Assembly (NCBI GenBank): GCA_002269645.1
Contig: NIVC01003929.1
Coordinates: forward strand, 1 to 64,000
DNA: 64,000 nucleotides
Reading direction: 5' to 3'
Origin: Macrostomum lignano
Lineage: Eukaryota
Shown: positions 37,843-50,118 of the stretch, piece after piece
How the letters are laid out: each line of letters starts with the position of its first letter
How positions within the stretch are numbered: position 1 is the first letter of the stretch
Made by a program: the position numbers and the translations under genes
The notes under the pieces: generated by a model
Database searches by the model: none
Seen by the model: the letters and a program-made list of their open reading frames with translations, nothing else
What the model was told of the DNA's origin: nothing

Positions 37843-38733
37843 TTCGGATAGAAAAAACATATTTTTTGTCAATATTTTTACGCAACTTGAATAACAAGTT
37901 TTGTTAAACTAACGTGTAAGTCAGTCGCATTGAAATTAAAGCCCTAGAACTGAGGAGTCCGGTTTTAATCAGCCCAGCCTGAGGGTCTGAGGCCTTGAAG
38001 TACTGCAATTTGGAAAATTGCAACCCACTGACTGGCAAACGAGCAGATTGCAGGCTTCTGCGATGATTTATACGTAGGAAAAAGACAACTGTGCTTCATG
38101 GAGGCGGATTGTAATGATTGTAGGCTATTAGTCTGTTGGACTTTTTAAACAATTTATGTCACTCTGTCTTTTTCAGGGCTTGCAAAATATTTACGAATTT
38201 GAGTGGCATTGCTGCGTCTCTCTCATGTGCACGAGGGGTTCGCGTGATCAGCACTCATGCTCTCCTCTCTACTTTCCTATCTTCTTCCTTCTCTGTGCCT
38301 TCTTTTTATTCCCCCTTTTATCTTCCATCCCTTCTCCCCTTCTCTCCCTTCTCCCCTCTCCCCTCACCCCCCTCTCCCGCTCCACTCTCTCTTTCTCCAC
38401 TATCCCGATAACCTTCTCAACCTCTCATCTCTCCCCTCTCTCCTCTCTCGCTCTACCTCACTTCTCTCCACTCTTCCTATCTTTCCCCTCTCCCCACTTC
38501 CATCCCTCCCCCTCTCACTTCCCTCTCTCCCTCTCCACTCTCTTTCTCCACTATCCCGATAACCTTCTGCACCTCTTATCTCTCCTCTCTCACCTCTCCA
38601 TTCCCTCTCCCTCTCTCCTCTCTCCCTCTACCCTCCCCACTATCCCGATAACCTTCTCCACCTCCCTTTTTCTCTCCCCGCGATCCCCAATGAGCCAGCA
38701 GCTGAAGCCGCCACCTCCTCGCCGCTACTGCAG

Positions 38734-39008
38734 GCCCGAATTCAGCGAGTCGTTCCGGCGGTCGCCGCACGTACAGCCAGCAGCAGACGCTCGAACTGGA
38801 AAAGGAATTCCAGCTGAGCCGGTACCTGAGCAGGGACAGGCGGGCAGAGCTGTCCACCTGGCTGGGCATGACAGAGCGGCAGGTGAAAATCTGGTTTCAA
38901 AATCGCCGGATGAAGCTAAAAAGGCATCGAATGCGGATTAGGGAGCTTAATTGCGCTCAAGAGATGACGGAGGCTGACATCCAGGACGAACGGCTCACGG
39001 TTGGATGA
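38734..39008 (+). CDS. Hox gene exon 2 (homeobox plus UbdA-like peptide)
   Basis: After ctgCAG| the exon reads (G)[90 protein letters not shown]. It is in frame with exon 1 (289 + 275 nt, 187 aa) and absent from the ORF track because the frame has no start codon. Confidence 0.93.
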
Positions 39009-39065
39009 TAAGCTGACTCTTTTGGACTCTGCTGCTTTATCTTGAGGATTTTTATCTTGAGGATT

Positions 39066-39822
39066 GAGGACAAGGCTGCTCAGTCAGTGAGAATGAGTAG
39101 GAAGAGTGACAAGGCTGCTCAGTCAGTGAGAATGAGTAGGAAGAGTGACAAGGCTGCTCAGTCAGTGAGAATGAGTAGGAAGAGTGACAAGGCTGCTCAG
39201 TCAGTGAGAATGAGTAGGAAGAGTGACAAGGCTGCTCAGTCAGTGAGAATGAGTAGGAAGAGTGACAAGGCTGCTCAGTCAGTGAGAATGAGTAGGAAGA
39301 GTGACAAGGCTGCTCAGTCAGTGAGAATGAGTAGGAAGAGTGACAAGGCTGCTCAGTCAGTGAGAATGAGTAGGAAGAGTGACAAGGCTGCTCAGTCAGT
39401 GAGAATGAGTAGGAAGAGTGACAAGGCTGCTCAGTCAGTGAGAATGAGTAGGAAGAGTGACAAGGCTGCTCAGTCAGTGAGAATGAGTAGGAAGAGTGAC
39501 AAGGCTGCTCGGTCAGTGAGAATGAGTAGGAAGAGTGACAAGGCTGCTCAGTCAGTGAGAATGAGTAGGAAGAGTGACAAGGCTGCTCAGTCAGTGAGAA
39601 TGAGTAGGAAGAGTGACAAGGCTGCTCAGTCAGTGAGAATGAGTAGGAAGAGTGACAAGGCTGCTCGGTCAGTGAGAATGAGTAGGAGTGACAAGGCTGC
39701 TCAGCCAGTGAGAATGCGTAGGAGTGACAAGGCTGCTCAGCCAGTGAGAATGAGTAGTAAGAGTGACAAGGCTGCTCAGTCAGTGAGAATGAGTAGAAAG
39801 AGTGACAAGGCTGCTCAGTCAG
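39066..39822. repeat. 39-bp minisatellite (gacaaggctgctcagtcagtgagaatgagtaggaagagt)n, about 19 units, just 3' of the Hox stop
   Basis: Direct; highly homogeneous. Confidence 0.98.
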
Positions 39823-40199
39823 GGAAGTAGTATGCTGCTCAAGAAGTCTCAAGGATGGGGGTAGACATGAGCGGGTAAAAACAGTGTCATGAAGGAGGCC
39901 TAAAATAGTTGACATTACTAGCTAGCAAAAAAAATAACAGATGGAGCTGAGAACTGGGAAGATTCTGGAAATCTACTGAAGCAACATCAACAAGTGTGCG
40001 TGTGTGTGGGCATGAATGTGAATTTTCAAATCACATTCTGCGAGATCTCCTTAATGAGCATCATTTATGCTGCAAGGAGCTTCACTTCTTGCGTTGTTTT
40101 TACATAATTGTATAATTTTGTAGGAAAAAACACGAAAGTCAGCAAGAATGTCGGATATTTTTCGACAGGTGTCTGCGGTTTAGATAGAAAGCGATAGAG

Positions 40200-40598
40200 A
40201 GTAAATGGAGGGAGAGTTAGATACAGGGGAGAGAGGGTAGGTAGAGGGAGAGAGGATAGGTAGAGGGAGAGAGGATAGGTAGAGGGAGAGAGAGTAGGTA
40301 GAGGGAGAGAGGATAGGTAGAGGGAGAGAGGATAGGTAGAGGGAGAGAGAGTAGGTAGAGGGAGAGAGGGTAGGTAGAGGGAGAGAGGGTAGGTAGAGGG
40401 AGAGAGGGTAGGTAGAGGGAGAGAGGGTAGGTAGAGGGAGAGAGGGTAGGTAGAGGGAGAGAGGGTAGGTAGAGGGAGAGAGGGTAGGTAGAGGGAGAGA
40501 GGGTAGGTAGAGGGAGAGAGGGTAGAGGGAGAGAGGGTAGGTAGAGGGAGAGAGGGTAGAGGGAGAGAGGATAGGTAGAGGGGGAGATGGTAGATACA
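40200..40598. repeat. 19-bp purine-rich minisatellite (ggtagagggagagagggta)n
   Basis: Direct. Confidence 0.95.
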
Positions 40599-40984
40599 AG
40601 CGATTAATGGCAGGTAGAGCGGATTGAGAGCGGGGGAGGGCAGGTAAGAGCGGGGAGAAAGGAGGAAAGGGGAAGCTAAAACACAGACAACTGGTTTCGG
40701 GCCCCGCCGCTCTTTATTTAGCGAAATTAAAGAGGGAGAATGAAACTAAAGGGAAAACGGGTGGCAAGGAAATCTATATACTGTCTTCTATATTTAGCAC
40801 AAACAGGCTGAGACTCCACGAAGTACCAGAGGCAGGCCGCCAGGTATGGCCTGTTCCGCCTAACTCAGTTGGAAGGCAAATGCAATGCTTGTAGGATTTC
40901 TTCTCTGAAAATAAAACCACACGACATTAAATAGAGTTTAAAAGACTCTGTAAAGTTCATCAGAAGTAGGTGGCTGGTTCGGGT

Positions 40985-41620
<636 letters not shown>

Positions 41621-42053
41621 CATAGATACGAGTAGTTGGATAGAGCTAAAACCCATAATGGCCGGTCTTGAGGGAATTGCTGGGCCAGCTGCAGCTAAGC
41701 ATTCGGTGCATGTTTTGAGTGAAGGCTACTTTCCATTTTATATTTTCTGTTGGTCAGTCAAAGTACTTTTCCTTGTTTAGCATGCGATGCGACAGATGCA
41801 AAACACAAGCCAGTGACTCCTGCTGTCCCGTGATCGATATCTCAGTTCGAACAAAATTGATGAAAAACGGATTCAACGCAATGGTTAGCTGTCTACATGA
41901 TTTCTTCCATAGACAATGCTCGAAGCCACTCGTGGCAATTCGAGCATTGTTTAGCAATTTGACGATCATTATTCACATTTTTAATGCAGAACAATCCATT
42001 ACTACAAACAATGCATTGTCTGTAGGATCGTCAAACAGAAAAACAATGCAAAG

Positions 42054-42284
42054 AATCAGCGGTCCCAGTGGGTGACAACGATTGTCTGGCGAGCGCCTAC
42101 CAGGCTGCTCACTGACTGAGCAGCCTTGTCACTCTTTCTACTCATTCTCACTGACCGAGCAGCCTTGTCACTCTTTCTACTCATTCTCACTGACTGAGCA
42201 GCCTTGTCACTCTTCCTACTCATTCTCACTGACCGCTACCGGCGCTCGCCAGACAATCGTTGTCACCCACTGGGACCGCTGATT
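42054..42284. other. Perfect 44-bp inverted repeat enclosing TACC + 135-bp satellite-derived insert + TACC
   Basis: 42054-42097 is the exact reverse complement of 42241-42284. TACC occurs at 42098-42101 and 42237-42240. The insert is about 3 inverted units of the 39-bp satellite. Confidence 0.95.
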
Positions 42285-43603
42285 ATTTATCCATTGCTAC
42301 ATATGCGGCAATGCATGTCTGGTTTGAACCATAGACAAAAGTAGCTGCAACAAAAAGCGAGCCTTTTGTTGGGCAGAAAGAGGACAGAAACGCAGTCCGA
42401 AGCCTACAAACGGAGTCTACTGTGCGGCGGTATCTCTCCCGGAAGCGTGACAGCGCCATTCGAGACATGGCAAGCATCATCGGGCCACGAGACAACAACT
42501 GTTCGTGAGAATACCAATGCTGCAGTGTTCTCCAACTGCCAGTTTGCTGCATCCATGATGTAGGCTAGATTAGCAATCCATTCTATTCCTTTATCCGTGA
42601 TGTAGGCTAGATTAGCAATCCATTATATTTCTTTGTACATCATGTAATATACCGTACATTCATGGCAGATTAGCAATCCATTCCGTTAGTATTGCGCACT
42701 TTCTTTTCGAAACGCTGCAGACAAAAGCAACCCAAGAACGATCCGCAATTAAAATTAGTGCGCTCTCGGTCTCCCATTTTTGCTGTTTTTGCCATTTTAT
42801 TTTTGCTTGGTCCGAAACTTTTGGAATGGCAACAGGAGCGGACGGTGACGGGACAGAGGAACGAAGCAGACGCAAGCCTGTGAGGATTTTTCTGTGTTTT
42901 CGTCTCGCACTCGGCTTCAACAAAGGGCCGCGGGGCGGCACAGGGCTAGCGCACAGGGAGACACAGGCTAACAGTACACGGCTTTTGAAAACAACATTCA
43001 ACAGTAACAGGATAGAAAGGAAGGAAATTCCTTCGGCCACTTTAGAGAGGCCATACAGTGGTGTGCAAGTCGAGGAAATTGCTGGCTATACATGTTGCAG
43101 CAGATTCCAAGATGGGGGGGGGTAAGGGTTAGCGCCAGATGCAGAGGCTGTGTGCGACCGGCCCGAGGGACCTGCCGTATGATTGATTGACGAAGCGCTG
43201 AGATTCTCTGGGCTTGGAGACAAGCAAAATAGAACAAAATAGAAAGTTGCACAACAAACTTGCAGAAGCTTGCAGAGGTTCAGTGGAGATGGTAGACGAT
43301 AATGGCTGATGCAATGTGTGCTAGCGAACAACAATAGCATTCACACTTTATCACAACAATACAAGAATTTCTAAAGGGTGTGCATGCTATTCCCAAATGA
43401 CCAATATACGGCTTGAAAATCTCCTAACTTCGCATTCAACAATTATCTTTGTGTAGTCAAATGGTTTGTGTAAACCAGAAGCGACTTGGGGAATGTAAAA
43501 TTTTTTTTGGGGGGGGGTAGTGAAAAATGAGTGTCTGCAATGCACAAGTAAAGTCCATGGATGCCCATGGATTTCCACATTCGAGCAGTCCACCCTGTGC
43601 GGC

Positions 43604-44995
43604 TCAGAAGGCCGACTCGAGCACACCGTCGCAGGTGATCTGCGTCAGCGGCTGGTCCTGCAGGTGCCAGAAGAGGCCCAGCTTGCTGCCGCCGCCAGCG
43701 CCGTCTCCATCGACATTCAGCAGCGGCAGGCGGCAGGCGGTCTCTTCCCTTGGCTGGCCAGCGGACTTGCCGGACGGCGGTGGCGCGGAATCGTCCGCGA
43801 AAGCAAAGCTGCTGTCGGCGCCGACGGCCCGCCTAATAGCGTCGGACACTCCGTCTGGGGCGCCGGCATCGGCAGCGGTGGCGGTGGCGCCGGGGGCGGC
43901 TCGGCTGTTCGGATGTTGCTGCTGCTGCTGACGGAGTCGCTGCCGTTCGCCAGTCCCGCAGACTTCGATGCACTTGCCGCCGCTCTGCCGCTGCGACATG
44001 ATGTACACCAGCACGTTGAGCGCCGAGTCCATGGCGGTGCCCAGGTGGGCCACGTGGATGAGATGGGCGGAGGTCCGAGCCGGTAGCCAGTTGTGCAGCA
44101 GGCCGGACACGAAGGCGGGCAGCTCGCACAGCACGAACACGGTGATCAGCATCAGCAGGAGCCGGTCCGTCATCTTCGAGCGGCTCAGGGCGCTGCGACC
44201 TCCAGCGCCGCGGCTGCTGCCGCCAGTCTCCGAGCCGCCGTGCCGCCGGTTAAACAGCCGCCGCTGCCGGTTCACCGCCCGCAGGATGAGCGCGTTGAGC
44301 AGCACAACCAAGAGAATCGGGGCCAGCGTGGACACAATGTAGCTCTGCAAGGTCAGCATCGCGGCTCTGGTTGGCGAGTCGAACAGCCAAGTCTGCGCCT
44401 GGTTGAGAGTGAGCGAGTCCGTGCAGATCACCGGATTGTAGCGCAGCGCCTTCGGCAAGCTGCTGGCGAGGCAGAGAATCAGCAGGCCGATCAGCAGGGC
44501 TGCCAGCCGCCGCGGCGTGGTGTAGCGTATCGGGCCGAATGGAAAGTACACCCGCTCGAAGCGCACACAGGAGACCAGCACGATCACCCAGTTGCGCAGC
44601 ATCAGGAAGGCCAGGCTCAGCAGCAGCATCGCCCAGAAGGCGTAGCCGATGGCCCGGCCCTGGGCCAGCGAGGCGAACGGCCTCTGCCAGTAGCCGAACC
44701 GCCACACCATCAGCTGGTAGGCAAACTGGGCAGCGTTGAACAGAATCTCCGAGGCCGACAGCACCAGCAGCAGGCCAGAGATGAAGCTCTTGCTCAGGCA
44801 GCGGGCCACCATCACAGCACCGAGGAAGTTGCTAATCACATTTCCGGCGGTCAGGGACAGGAGCAGCATCATGTACACCATGGTGGACACGGGCAGCTGG
44901 CCAGAGCGAGTCTCGTTGCCGCACTGCATCGTCAGGAGGCGGCCTAGACGTGAGTCACCAGCCGGACTCTCTTGTTCAGTGTCGTTGTCAATCAT
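43604..44995 (-). CDS. Class A peptide-receptor-like GPCR (FMRFamide/Srw-like or flatworm rhodopsin-like orphan type), 463 aa, intronless
   Basis: Seven TMs; TM1 AGNVISN; TM3 LRNWVIVLVSCVRFERVYFP; TM4 SSLP; TM5 APILLVVLLNALIL; TM6 VFVLCELPAF; TM7 DSALNVLVY. Confidence 0.9.
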   Translation of the reverse strand: MIDNDTEQESPAGDSRLGRLLTMQCGNETRSGQLPVSTMVYMMLLLSLTAGNVISNFLGAVMVARCLSKSFISGLLLVLSASEILFNAAQFAYQLMVWRFGYWQRPFASLAQGRAIGYAFWAMLLLSLAFLMLRNWVIVLVSCVRFERVYFPFGPIRYTTPRRLAALLIGLLILCLASSLPKALRYNPVICTDSLTLNQAQTWLFDSPTRAAMLTLQSYIVSTLAPILLVVLLNALILRAVNRQRRLFNRRHGGSETGGSSRGAGGRSALSRSKMTDRLLLMLITVFVLCELPAFVSGLLHNWLPARTSAHLIHVAHLGTAMDSALNVLVYIMSQRQSGGKCIEVCGTGERQRLRQQQQQHPNSRAAPGATATAADAGAPDGVSDAIRRAVGADSSFAFADDSAPPPSGKSAGQPREETACRLPLLNVDGDGAGGGSKLGLFWHLQDQPLTQITCDGVLESAF

Positions 44996-45289
44996 CTTGG
45001 CGAAGCTATGAGTAAAGAGCAGTCACCGAGGAGTCTGACTGGGCTCCCTCATAACCCACTGACTGCCTATTTATGCACTGAAGTTTGTCTCCCATCCCGC
45101 ACTCGGTCGAATTTGCATAATCTCCTCTCCCCTCTGGCTCTCCTACCGCTGGTTGGCTGTCTCTTCACGTCACGTCCTCAGCCCCTCTGGTGACTAATGC
45201 ATATTGGCCTTCTGAAACCGCCGCACAGTCTGGCCGGCCGACTCCTCTCTCTGAGGCGCTCTCACCTCACTCCGCTTCTATTCTTCACT

Positions 45290-45921
45290 AGCTCTCTCTT
45301 GTCCTCTCAGTCTATTCCTCACTAACTCTCTCTCTTGTCCTCTCAGTCTATTCCTCACTAGCTCTCTCTCTTGTCCTCTCAGTCTATTCCTCACTAGCTC
45401 TCTCTCTTGTCCTCTCAGTCTATTCCTCACTAGCTCTCTCTTGTCCTCTCAGTCTATTCCTCACTAGCTCTCTCTCTTGTCCTCTCAGTCTATTCCTCAC
45501 TAGCTCTCTCTCTTGTCCTCTCAGTCTATTCCTCACTAGCTCTCTCTCTTGTCCTCTCAGTCTATTCCTCACTAGCTCTCTCTCTTGTCCTCTCAGTCTA
45601 TTCCTCACTAGCTCTCTCTTGTCCTCTCAGTCTATTCCTCACTAGCTCTCTCTCTTGTCCTCTCAGTCTATTCCTCACTAGCTCTCTCTCTTGTCCTCTC
45701 AGTCTATTCCTCACTAGCTCTCTCTTGTCCTCTCAGTCTATTCCTCACTAGCTCTCTCTTGTCCTCTCAGTCTATTCCTCACTAGCTCTCTCTTGTCCTC
45801 TCAGTCTATTCCTCACTAGCTCTCTCTTGTCCTCTCAGTCTATTCCTCACTAGCTCTCTCTCTTGTCCTCTCAGTCTATTCCTCACTAGCTCTCTCTCTT
45901 GTCCTCTCAGTCTATTCCTCA
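45290..45921. repeat. 34-36 bp pyrimidine-rich minisatellite (ctagctctctctcttgtcctctcagtctattcctca)n
   Basis: Direct. Confidence 0.97.
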
Positions 45922-46434
45922 CCACTCGGCTCCCACTTGCAGATCCTTAATTAAGATTTAACCTCTACAATCAGAAAAATAAGTTTATAAGAATAAGAAA
46001 AAAGTGATGCACACATAGCAGTCCTGTGCCAGCGGTGCTGCAACCAGTATGGAATATCAATTCCCAGTTAATTAGTTGCAGTCTTTCTATACTTATATGA
46101 CTGTATTAGTCTCGTAGATTTAGCCTTGAATTTTTTAGCTAATCTGACTGGCTTTGAAAAGAAACGGAGGGGAAGCTTTGCGTCCCCACAAGCAGACTTT
46201 TTGCCAGGGAGCAGAGTTGATCAAAGCGGAATTCATCCCCGCAAACTGACTGCTGAGGAGTTATTGAAATAAAAGAGCTGGAAACTGATGACTCTTTCTG
46301 GAAAATATCCTGGAGAGAGAATGGCATTCAGGTGGAAGGGAATTGTAGAGGGGGGGGGGCTGTTGAAAGCAAACAATGCTATAAGAGGAAACGGGTTAGT
46401 CAGATACAGAGATTGGAATTAGGAGAGTCTGAGT

Positions 46435-46572
46435 GCAGGAGAGAGAGTGGGGGAGAGAGTGGGGGAGACAGAGTGGCGAGACAGAGTGGCAGAGACAGAG
46501 TGGGGGAGAGAGTGGGGGAGAGAGTGGGGGAGAGAGTGAGGGAGAGAGTGGGGGAGAGAGTGGGGGAGAGAC
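46435..46572. repeat. Short (gagagagtgggg)n repeat
   Basis: Direct. Confidence 0.9.
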
Positions 46573-47164
46573 GAGCACACTTCCTTGCTGCAGCATATCA
46601 AAGAAAACAAAGTCCCAATCCCGCCTTACACTTCAACAGCAGAAGAGACCAAGGCAGCAACTGTAAAGCAAAGTACGTCAAGTGAATCTTAGGATCAAGT
46701 ACCACCAAAAAGCAATTTCTCGCAAGCAATTCGAGCAGCTAAGTGGAGCAATATTGACTCTTGTTCCCACAACACAGGAATTCGTAGGAATCTCACAATT
46801 TCTTTGTGGCTCATTTTTCAGTCGAGAACTTTCTGTCCTGTCCAAGACGGCTTTACCAGTTGGCGTTAATCCCGTGACAAACGGTTTGAAGGCCGACAAG
46901 CAGACACAAGAACAAGATACGCAGCTGCACATACGTTTGCGCCATATAGCTCGTAGACGCAAAATTACAAAATGGAGCCAAATTACAATAAAACGTCGCA
47001 GAAAAATATTGATAGATACGGACGCGTTAGACTAAAAAGACAGCCTAGCCGCATATAAACACGAGCCGGACTAGTTGGACCAAGGCAGTCGCACTTTGGA
47101 AGCCCCAGCACTGTGTAATACTTCAAGTATATATATGAATCGCTTGCACCTCTAACAGAGGATG

Positions 47165-48170
47165 CCCACTGACATCCACTTTGGCGCCCTCTGACATCCA
47201 CTTTGGCGCCCTCTGACATCCACTTTGGCGCCCTCTGATATCCACTTTAGCGGGCCCTCTGACACCCACTTTGGCGCCCTCTGACATCCACTTTGGCGCC
47301 CTCTGACATCCACTTTAGCGGGCCCTCTGACATCCACTTTAGCGGGCCCTCTGACATCCACTTTAGCGGGCCCTCTGACATCCACTTTAGCGCCTTCTGA
47401 CGTACACCTTGGCGCCCTCTGACATCCACTTTAGCAGGCCCTCTGACATCCACTTTAGCGCCTTCTGACGTACACCTTGGCGCCCTCTGACATCCACTTT
47501 AGCAGGCCCTCTGACACCCACTTTAGCGCCCTCTGACATCCACTTTAGCGGGCCTTCTGACATCCACTTTAGCGGGCCTTCTGACATCCACTTTAGCGCC
47601 TTCTGACGTACACCTTGGCGCCCTCTGACATCCACTTTAGCGGGCCCTCTGACATCCACTTTAGCGCCCTCTGACACCCACTTTAGCGCCCTCTGACATC
47701 CACTTTAGCGGGCCTTCTGACATCCACTTTAGCGCCTTCTGACGTACACCTTGGCGCCCTCTGACATCCACTTTAGCGGGCCCTCTGACATCCACTTTAG
47801 CGCCTTCTGACGTACACCTTGGCGCCCTCTGACATCCACTTTAGCAGGCCCTCTGACACCCACTTTAGCGCCCTCTGACATCCACTTTAGCGGGCCTTCT
47901 GACATCCACTTTAGCGCCTTCTGACGTACACCTTGGCGCCCTCTGACATCCACTTTGGCGCCCTCTGACATACACTTTGGCGCCCTCTGGCATCCACTTT
48001 GGCGCCCTCTTACATCCACTTTAGTGTAGTCTGACATCCACTTTAACAGCCTCTGAGTCTGACGTACACCGTGGCGCCCACTGACATACACTTTAGCGCC
48101 TTCTGACACTCACTCTCATGCCCTATATAATATACTTTGGGCCGGACCTTGGCGCCCTCTGACACCCATC
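47165..48170. repeat. 22-24 bp minisatellite (ctgacatccactttggcgccct)n with variant units
   Basis: Direct. Confidence 0.96.
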
Positions 48171-48797
48171 TTCTAACATAAACTTTAACGTATGTGACGA
48201 CACACCGACACTGACGCAAAAAATTGTTGGGCGCCTCAATTTCCGTTGCTTGGTTTTACTGAAATAATAATTTGAGGAGAGAACGGGTGCGCTAACAATT
48301 AACCAGACGAATAGGAGAGGCGCTAAAAGGGAAATGAGGCATGGAGACTGCGGAAGCTTCATCAGGTGTCCAAGGCCGGATTCGCAATTTTTCAAGAATC
48401 AACGGCTCGACCTCATTCTTTCCGCTGTCCAGAATTCCGCTGTCTCGTCTCGTCTCCAGCTTTTTCGCTTTCCGCTGGCCTGGTTTATTGGCGAACTGGA
48501 GAATTTTCCTCAAGACAGGAAGACAATTTCTGAGAATTAATCTGGCTAAGACGGCTGGCTCGTCAGGGGAAATTCCAACCAGCTGGGAAAATCACATGTG
48601 CCTCAGATAAACTCCAGCATAGCTCCCCTATAAGCCCTGTTCTCCAGTACATGCCATTTGCATTGTCGGAAATTCCGCATACCCTCGTACAAGACCTGGG
48701 GGAGATTGCATATGCCATGGGGGGCATTTCAGAAATGGGACGCATTATTAAGCGCGCATGACACAAATCATGATGCATGACAAATACATGCTCAAAT

Positions 48798-49720
48798 CAA
48801 TCAATCACCTGGGTTCTCTATCAATCACCTGGGTTCTCTATCAATCACCTGGGTTCTCTATCAATCACCTGGGTTCTCTATCAATCACCTGGGTTCTCTA
48901 TCAATCACCTGGGTTCTCTATCAATCACCTGGGTTCTCTATCAATCACCTGGGTTCTCTATCAATCACCTGGGTTCTCTATCAATCACCTGGGTTCTCTA
49001 TCAATCACCTGGGTTCTCTATCAATCACCTGGGTTCTCTATCAATCACCTGGGTTCTCTATCAATCACCTGGGTTCTCTATCAATCACCTGGGTTCTCTA
49101 TCAATCACCTGGGTTCTCTATCAATCACCTGGGTTCTCTATCAATCACCTGGGTTCTCTATCAATCACCTGGGTTCTCTATCAATCACCTGGGTTCTCTA
49201 TCAATCACCTGGGTTCTCTATCAATCACCTGGGTTCTCTATCAATCACCTGGGTTCTCTATCAATCACCTGGGTTCTCTATCAATCACCTGGGTTCTCTA
49301 TCAATCACCTGGGTTCTCTATCAATCACCTGGGTTCTCTATCAATCACCTGGGTTCTCTATCAATCACCTGGGTTCTCTATCAATCACCTGGGTTCTCTA
49401 TCAATCACCTGGGTTCTCTATCAATCACCTGGGTTCTCTATCAATCACCTGGGTTCTCTATCAATCACCTGGGTTCTCTATCAATCACCTGGGTTCTCTA
49501 TCAATCACCTGGGTTCTCTATCAATCACCTGGGTTCTCTATCAATCACCTGGGTTCTCTATCAATCACCTGGGTTCTCTATCAATCACCTGGGTTCTCTA
49601 TCAATCACCTGGGTTCTCTATCAATCACCTGGGTTCTCTATCAATCACCTGGGTTCTCTATCAATCACCTGGGTTTGCTAGTCAATCACCTGGGTTCTCT
49701 AGTCAATCACCTGGGTTTGC
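48798..49720. repeat. 20-bp perfect minisatellite (tcaatcacctgggttctcta)n
   Basis: About 45 identical units. Confidence 0.99.
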
Positions 49721-49721
49721 A

Positions 49722-50118
49722 TACACCTGGGAGGGAATCCCATATCCCTGGGAGCGAACACCAGTATACACCTGGGAGGGAACACCAATATACACCTGGG
49801 AGGGAACACCAATATACACCTGGGAGGGAACACCAATATACACCTGGGAGGGAACACCAATATACACCTGGAGGGAACACCAATATACACCTGGGAGGGA
49901 ACACCAATATACACCTGGGAGGGAACACCAATATACACCTGGGAGGGAACACCAATATACACCTGGGAGGGAACACCAATATACACCTGGGAGGGAACAC
50001 CAATATACACCTGGGAGGGAACACCAATATACACCTGGGAGGGAACACCAATATACACCTGGGAGGGAACACCAATATACACCTGGGAGGGAACACCAAT
50101 ATACACCTGGGAGGGAAT
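49722..50118. repeat. 24-bp minisatellite (tacacctgggagggaacaccaata)n
   Basis: Direct; abuts the 20-bp array. Confidence 0.98.

Noticed and set aside
38156-38941. 261-aa ORF across the Hox intron and exon 2
   Set aside because: It is pyrimidine-rich intron sequence plus the wrong frame of the homeobox.
39066-39822. Regular 39-bp repeats resembling a CRISPR array (also the 20-36 bp arrays elsewhere)
   Set aside because: The units are contiguous with no unique spacers, there are no cas genes, and the context is eukaryotic.
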